Source of the DNA: Nemertoderma westbladi
Taxonomy: Eukaryota; Animalia; Xenacoelomorpha
Assembly (NCBI GenBank): GCA_032718475.1
Contig: JAUCBJ010007911.1
Span: forward strand, 16,422 to 80,421
Direction of reading: 5' to 3'
Length of the DNA stretch: 64,000 nt
Part shown: in pieces, positions 56,701 to 64,000 of the stretch
Position numbering within the stretch: position 1 is the first letter of the stretch
Layout of the letters: every line of letters starts with the position of its first letter
Made by a program: the position numbers and the translations under genes
The notes under the pieces: model-generated
Seen by the model: the letters and a program-made list of their open reading frames with translations, nothing else
Databases searched by the model: none
Told to the model about the DNA's origin: nothing

Positions 56701-59700
56701 TCTGTATGTAGAATATCGCGCTCAGTACGTCTGTGTGTAGTTTTTCGCGCTCATTACGTCTGTGTGTGCAGATTATCGAGCTCAGTACGTCTGTGTGTAG
56801 ATTATCGAACTCAGTACGTCTGTGTGTAGATTATCGAGCTCAGTACGTCTGTGTGTAGATTATCGAACTCAGTACGTCTGTGTGTAGATTATCGAGCTCA
56901 TTACGTATGTGTGTAGATTATCGAGCTTAGTACGTCTGTGTGTAGATTATCGAGCTCATTTTCGTCTGTGTGTGTAGATTATCGAGCTCATTACGTCTGT
57001 GCGTAGATTATCGAGCTCAGTACGTCTGTGTGTAGATTATCGAGCCCAGTACGTCTGTGTGTAGATTATCGAGCTCAGTACGTCTGTGTGTAGATTATCG
57101 AGCTCAGTACGTCTGTGTGTAGATTATCGAGCTCAGTACGTCTGTGTGTAGATTATCGAGCTCATCACGTCTGTGTGTAGAATATCGAGCTCAGTACGTC
57201 TGTGTGTAGTTTTTCGCGCTCATTACGTCTGTGTGTGTAGATTATCGAGCTCAGTACGTCTGTGTGTAGATTATCGAACTCAGTACGTCTGTGTGTAGAT
57301 TATCGAGCTCAGTACGTCTGTGTGTAGATTATCGAACTCAGTACGTCTGTGTGTAGATTATCGAGCTCATTACGTATGTGTGTAGATTATCGAGCTCAGT
57401 ACGACTGTGTGTAGATTATCGCGCTCAGTACGTATGTGTGTAGATTATTGAGCTCAGTACGTCTGTGTGTAGATTATCGAGCTCAGTACGTCTGTGTGTA
57501 GATTATCAAGTTCAGTACGTCTGTGTGTAGATTATCGAGCTCAGTACGTCTGTGTGTAGATTATCGAGCTCATTACGTTTGTGTGTAGATTATCGAGCTC
57601 ATTACGTCTGTGTGTAGATTATCGAGCTCAGTACGTCTGTGTGTAGATTATCGAGCTCAGTACGTCTGTGTGTAGATTATCGCGCGCAGTACGTCTGTGT
57701 GTAGATTATCGAGCTCAGTACGACTGGGTGTAGATTATCGAGCTCAGTACGTCTGTGTGTAGATTATCGAGCTCAGTACGTCTGTGTGTGTAGATTATTG
57801 AGCTCATTACGTCCGTGTGTAGATTATCGAGCTCAGTACGTCTGTGTGTAGATTATCGAGCTCAGTACGACAGGGTGTAGATTATCGAACTCAGTACGTA
57901 TGTGTGTAGATTATCGAGCTCAGTACGTCTGTGTGTAGATTATCGAGCTCAGTACGTCTGTGTGTAGATTATCGAGCTCAGTACGTCTGTGTGTAGATTA
58001 TCGAGCTCAGTACGTCTGTGTGTAGATTATCGAGCTCAGTACGTCTGTGTGTAGATTATCGAGCTCAGTACGTCTGTGTGTAGATTATCGAGCTCAGTAC
58101 GTCTGTGTGTAGATTATCGAGCTCAGTACGTCTGTGTGTAGATTATCGAGCTCATTACGACTGTGTGTAGATGATCGAGCTCAGTACGTCTGTGTGTAGA
58201 TTATCGAGCTCAGTACGTCTGTGTGTAGATTATCGAGCTCAGTACGTCTGTGTGTAGATTATCGAGCTCAGTACGTCTGTGTGTAGATTATCGAGCTCAG
58301 TACGTCTGTGTGTAGATTATCGAGCTCAGTACGTCTGTGTGTAGATTATCGAGCTCAGTACGTCTGTGTGTAGATTATCGAGCTCAGTACGTCTGTGTGT
58401 GTAGATTATCGAGCTCAGTACGTCTGTGTGTAGATTATCGAGCTCAGTACGTCTGTGTGTGTAGATTATCGAGCTCAGTACGTCTGTGTGTAGATTATCG
58501 AGCTCAGTACGTCTGTGTGTGTAGATTATCGAGCTCAGTACGTCTGTGTGTAGATTATCGAGCTCAGTACGTCTGTGTTTGCAGATTATCGAGCTCAGTA
58601 CGTCTGTGTGTGTAGATTATCGCGCTCAGTACGTCTGTGTGTAGATTATCGAGCTCAGTACGTCTGTGTGTAGATTATCGAGCTCAGTACGTCTGTGTGT
58701 AGATTATCGCGCTCAGTACGTCTGTGTGTAGATTATCGCGCTCAGTACGTCTGTGTGTAGATTATCGAACTCAGTACGTCTGTGTGTTGATTATCGAGCT
58801 CAGTACGTCTGTGTGTAGTTTTTCGCGCTCATTACGTCTGTGTGTGTAGATTATCGAGCTCAGTACGTCTGTGTGTAGATTATCGAACTCAGTACGTCTG
58901 TGTGTAGATTATCGAGCTCAGTACGTCTGTGTGTAGATTTTCGCGCTCATTACGTCTGTGTGTGTAGATTATCGAGCTCAGTACGTCTGTGTGTAGATTA
59001 TCGAGCTCAGTACGTCTGTGTGTAGATTATCGAGCTCATCACGTCTGTATGTAGAATATCGCGCTCAGTACGTCTGTGTGTAGTTTTTCGCGCTCATTAC
59101 GTCTGTGTGTGCAGATTATCGAGCTCAGTACGTCTGTGTGTAGATTATCGAACTCAGTACGTCTGTGTGTAGATTATCGAGCTCAGTACGTCTGTGTGTA
59201 GATTATCGAACTCAGTACGTCTGTGTGTAGATTATCGAGCTCATTACGTATGTGTGTAGATTATCGAGCTTAGTACGTCTGTGTGTAGATTATCGAGCTC
59301 ATTACGTCTGTGTGTGTAGATTATCGAGCTCATTACGTCTGTGTGTAGATTATCGAGCTCAGTACGTCTGTGTGTAGATTATCGAGCCCAGTACGTCTGT
59401 GTGTAGATTATCGAGCTCAGTACGTCTGTGTGTAGATTATCGAGCTCAGTACGTCTGTGTGTAGATTATCGAGCTCAGTACGTCTGTGTGTAGATTATCG
59501 AGCTCATCACGTCTGTGTGTAGAATATCGAGCTCAGTACGTCTGTGTGTAGTTTTTCGCGCTCATTACGTCTGTGTGTGTAGATTATCGAGCTCAGTACG
59601 TCTGTGTGTAGATTATCGAAGTCAGTACGTCTGTGTGTAGATTATCGAGCTCAGTACGTCTGTGTGTAGATTATCGAACTCAGTACGTCTGTGTGTAGAT

Positions 59701-62700
59701 TATCGAGCTCATTACGTATGTGTGTAGATTATCGAGCTCAGTACGACTGTGTGTAGATTATCGCGCTCAGTACGTATGTGTGTAGATTATTGAGCTCAGT
59801 ACGTCTGTGTGTAGATTATCGAGCTCAGTACGTCTGTGTGTAGATTATCAAGTTCAGTACGTCTGTGTGTAGATTATCGAGCTCAGTACGTCTGTGTGTA
59901 GATTATCGAGCTCATTACGTTTGTGTGTAGATTATCGAGCTCATTACGTCTGTGTGTAGATTATCGAGCTCAGTACGTCTGTGTGTAGATTATCGAGCTC
60001 AGTACGTCTGTGTGTAGATTATCGCGCGCAGTACGTCTGTGTGTAGATTATCGAGCTCAGTACGACTGGGTGTAGATTATCGAGCTCAGTACGTCTGTGT
60101 GTAGATTATCGAGCTCAGTACGTCTGTGTGTGTAGATTATTGAGCTCATTACGTCTGTGTGTAGATTATCGAGCTCAGTACGTCTGTGTGTAGATTATCG
60201 AGCTCAGTACGACAGGGTGTAGATTATCGAACTCAGTACGTATGTGTGTAGATTATCGAGCTCAGTACGTCTGTGTGTAGATTATCGAGCTCAGTACGTC
60301 TGTGTGTAGATTATCGAGCTCAGTACGTCTGTGTGTAGATTATCGAGCTCAGTACGTCTGTGTGTAGATTATCGAGCTCAGTACGTCTGTGTGTAGATTA
60401 TCGAGCTCAGTACGTCTGTGTGTAGATTATCGAGCTCAGTACGTCTGTGTGTAGATTATCGAGCTCAGTACGTCTGTGTGTAGATTATCGAGCTCATTAC
60501 GACTGTGTGTAGATTATCGAGCTCAGTACGTCTGTGTGTAGATTATCGAGCTCAGTACGTCTGTGTGTAGATTATCGAGCTCAGTACGTCTGTGTGTAGA
60601 TTATCGAGCTCAGTACGTCTGTGTGTAGATTATCGAGCTCAGTACGTCTGTGTGTAGATTATCGAGCTCAGTACGTCTGTGTGTAGATTATCGAGCTCAG
60701 TACGTCTGTGTGTAGATTATCGAGCTCAGTACGTCTGTGTGTGTAGATTATCGAGCTCAGTACGTCTGTGTGTAGATTATCGAGCTCAGTACGTCTGTGT
60801 GTGTAGATTATCGAGCTCAGTACGTCTGTGTGTAGATTATCGAGCTCAGTACGTCTGTGTGTGTAGATTATCGAGCTCAGTACGTCTGTGTGTAGATTAT
60901 CGAGCTCAGTACGTCTGTGTTTGCAGATTATCGAGCTCAGTACGTCTGTGTGTGTAGATTATCGCGCTCAGTACGTCTGTGTGTAGATTATCGAGCTCAG
61001 TACGTCTGTGTGTAGATTATCGAGCTCAGTACGTCTGTGTGTAGATTATCGCGCTCAGTACGTCTGTGTGTAGATTATCGCGCTCAGTACGTCTGTGTGT
61101 AGATTATCGAACTCAGTACGTCTGTGTGTTGATTATCGAGCTCAGTACGTCTGTGTGTAGATTATCGAGCTCAGTACGTCTGTGTGTAGATTATCGCGCG
61201 CAGTACGTCTGTGTGTAGATTATCGAGCTCAGTACGTCTGTGTGTAGATTATCGCGCTCAGTACGTCTGTGTGTAGATTATCGAGCTCAGTACGTCTGTG
61301 TGTAGATTATCGAGCTCAGTACGTCTGTGTGTAGATTATCGAGCTCATTACGTCTGTGTGTAGATTATCGAGCTCAGTACGTCTGTGTGTAGATTATCGA
61401 GCTCAGTACGTCTGTGTGTAGATTATCGCGCTCAGTACGTCTGTGTGTAGATTATCGAGCTCAGTACGTCTGTGTGTAGATTATCGAGCTCAGTACGTCT
61501 GTGTGTAGATTATCGAGCTCATTACGTCTGTGTGTAGATTATCGAGCTCAGTACGTCTGTGTGTAGATTATCGAGCTCAGTACGTCTGTGTGTAGATTAT
61601 CGAGCTCAGTACGTCTGTGTGTGTAGATTATTGAGCTCATTACGTCTGTGTGTAGATTATCGAGCTCAGTACGTCTGTGTGTAGATTATCGAGCTCAGTA
61701 CGACAGGGTGTAGATTATCGAACTCAGTACGTATGTGTGTAGATTATCGAGCTCAGTACGTCTATGTGTAGATTATCGAGCTCAGTACGTCTGTGTGTAG
61801 ATTATCGAGCTCAGTACGTCTGTGTGTAGATTATCGAGCTCAGTACGTATGTGTGTAGATTATCGAGCTCAGTACGTCTGTGTGTAGATTATCGAGCTCA
61901 GTACGTCTGTGTGTAGATTATCGAGCTCAGTACGTCTGTGTGTAGATTATCGAGCTCAGTACGTCTGTGTGTAGATTATCGAGCTCATTACGACTGTGTG
62001 TAGATTATCGAGCTCAGTACGTCTGTGTGTAGATTATCGAGCTCAGTACGTCTGTGTGTAGATTATCGAGCTCAGTACGTCTGTGTGTAGATTATCGAGC
62101 TCAGTACGTCTGTGTGTAGATTATCGCGCGCAGTACGTCTGTGTGTAGATTATCGAGCTCAGTACGACTGGGTGTAGATTATCGAGCTCAGTACGTCTGT
62201 GTGTAGATTATCGAGCTCAGTACGTCTGTGTGTGTAGATTATTGAGCTCATTACGTCTGTGTGTAGATTATCGAGCTCAGTACGTCTGTGTGTAGATTAT
62301 CGAGCTCAGTACGACAGGGTGTAGATTATCGAACTCAGTACGTATGTGTGTAGATTATCGAGCTCAGTACGTCTGTGTGTAGATTATCGAGCTCAGTACG
62401 TCTGTGTGTAGATTATCGAGCTCAGTACGTCTGTGTGTAGATTATCGAGCTCAGTACGTCTGTGTGTAGATTATCGAGCTCAGTACGTCTGTGTGTAGAT
62501 TATCGAGCTCAGTACGTCTGTGTGTAGATTATCGAGCTCAGTACGCCTGTGTGTAGATTATCGAGCTCAGTACGTCTGTGTGTAGATTATCGAGCTCATT
62601 ACGACTGTGTGTAGATTATCGAGCTCAGTACGTCTGTGTGTAGATTATCGAGCTCAGTACGTCTGTGTGTAGATTATCGAGCTCAGTACGTCTGTGTGTA

Positions 62701-63870
62701 GATTATCGAGCTCAGTACGTCTGTGTGTAGATTATCGAGCTCAGTACGTCTGTGTGTAGATTATCGAGCTCAGTACGACTGTGTGTAGATTATCGAGCTC
62801 AGTACGTCTGTGTGTAGATTATCGAGCTCAGTACGTCTGTGTGTGTAGATTATCGAGCTCAGTACGTCTGTGTGTAGATTATCGAGCTCAGTACGTCTGT
62901 GTGTGTAGATTATCGAGCTCAGTACGTCTGTGTGTAGATTATCGAGCTCAGTACGTCTGTGTGTGTAGATTATCGAGCTCAGTACGTCTGTGTGTAGATT
63001 ATCGAGCTCAGTACGTCTGTGTTTGCAGATTATCGAGCTCAGTACGTCTGTGTGTGTAGATTATCGCGCTCAGTACGTCTGTGTGTAGATTATCGAGCTC
63101 AGTACGTCTGTGTGTAGATTATCGAGCTCAGTACGTCTGTGTGTAGATTATCGCGCTCAGTACGTCTGTGTGTAGATTATCGCGCTCAGTACGTCTGTGT
63201 GTAGATTATCGAACTCAGTACGTCTGTGTGTTGATTATCGAGCTCAGTACGTCTGTGTGTAGATTATCGAGCTCAGTACGTCTGTGTGTAGATTATCGCG
63301 CGCAGTACGTCTGTGTGTAGATTATCGAGCTCAGTACGTCTGTGTGTAGATTATCGCGCTCAGTACGTCTGTGTGTAGATTATCGAGCTCAGTACGTCTG
63401 TGTGTAGATTATCGAGCTCAGTACGTCTGTGTGTAGATTATCGAGCTCATTACGTCTGTGTGTAGATTATCGAGCTCAGTACGTCTGTGTGTAGATTATC
63501 GAGCTCAGTACGTCTGTGTGTAGATTATCGCGCTCAGTACGTCTGTGTGTAGATTATCGAGCTCAGTACGTCTGTGTGTAGATTATCGAGCTCAGTACGT
63601 CTGTGTGTAGATTATCGAGCTCATTACGTCTGTGTGTAGATTATCGAGCTCAGTACGTCTGTGTGTAGATTATCGAGCTCAGTACGTCTGTGTGTAGATT
63701 ATCGAGCTCAGTACGTTTGTGTGTAGATTATCAAGCTCAGTACGTCTGTGTGTAGATTATCGAGCTCAGTACGTCTGTGTGTAGATAATCGAGCTCAGTA
63801 CGTCTGTGTGTAGATTATCGAGCTCATTACGTCTGTGTGTAGATTATCGAGTTCAGTATAGTACGTCTGT
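26770..63870. repeat. 29-bp satellite array (31/33-bp TG-slippage variants), about 37 kb, roughly 1270 units, filling ITPA intron 4
   Basis: Consensus gattatcgagctcagtacgtctgtgtgta, head to tail with no interruptions seen. Copy number estimated as length divided by unit size. Confidence 0.98.
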
Positions 63871-63978
63871 ATATTTCTTGGCCGACTTCGACTTTGTGCC
63901 TCATCCCTTTCTATCGGCGGAAGAAAAGTAAGTATACTTTACTTATATTAAATCTTTACTTATTGTTTTCTATTCCAG

Positions 63979-64000
63979 GGAACCATAGTGAATCCGAGAT
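63979..64000 (+). CDS. ITPA: ITPA coding exon 5 (runs off the window)
   Basis: Pyrimidine-rich acceptor ttgttttctattccag, then phase-0 GTIVNPR, matching the conserved ITPA G.IV.PR that follows F.G... Confidence 0.85.

Noticed and set aside
27500-63059. [18 protein letters not shown] ORFs
   Set aside because: They arise from alternating 29+31-bp units (60 bp) and are not genes.
26770-63870. CRISPR array (29-bp partly palindromic repeat)
   Set aside because: Units are head to tail with no unique spacers, there are no cas genes, and the context is a eukaryotic intron.
63873-63926. Imperfect inverted repeat (tttcttggccga...tcggcggaagaaa) at the end of the array
   Set aside because: It is short and imperfect, so chance cannot be excluded.

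Overview
Eukaryotic (probably invertebrate animal) genomic DNA in four blocks. (1) About 1-9432 is a decayed BEL/Pao LTR retrotransposon on the minus strand (Gag, protease, RT, RNase H, integrase, with stops and frameshifts). After a tandem-repeat spacer it carries an extra same-strand ORF with a WRN/EXD/mut-7-type DEDDy 3'-5' exonuclease domain. (2) About 9433-21645 is a 12-kb satellite of 45-bp units into which the element appears to have inserted. (3) From 22578 to the window end is a spliced ITPA (inosine triphosphate pyrophosphatase) gene on the + strand. Five exons were found by hand, and intron 1 holds a minisatellite, a LINE 3' fragment and a MITE. (4) ITPA intron 4 (26780-63978, 37.2 kb) is almost entirely a 29-bp satellite. 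Its unit looks like a copy of the gene's own exon-4 splice signals (acceptor-like TCTGTGTGTAG + ATTATCGAG + donor mutated from GTGAGT to CTCAGT), with kb-scale higher-order duplications. All protein family calls come from motif recognition by eye, not from database searches.
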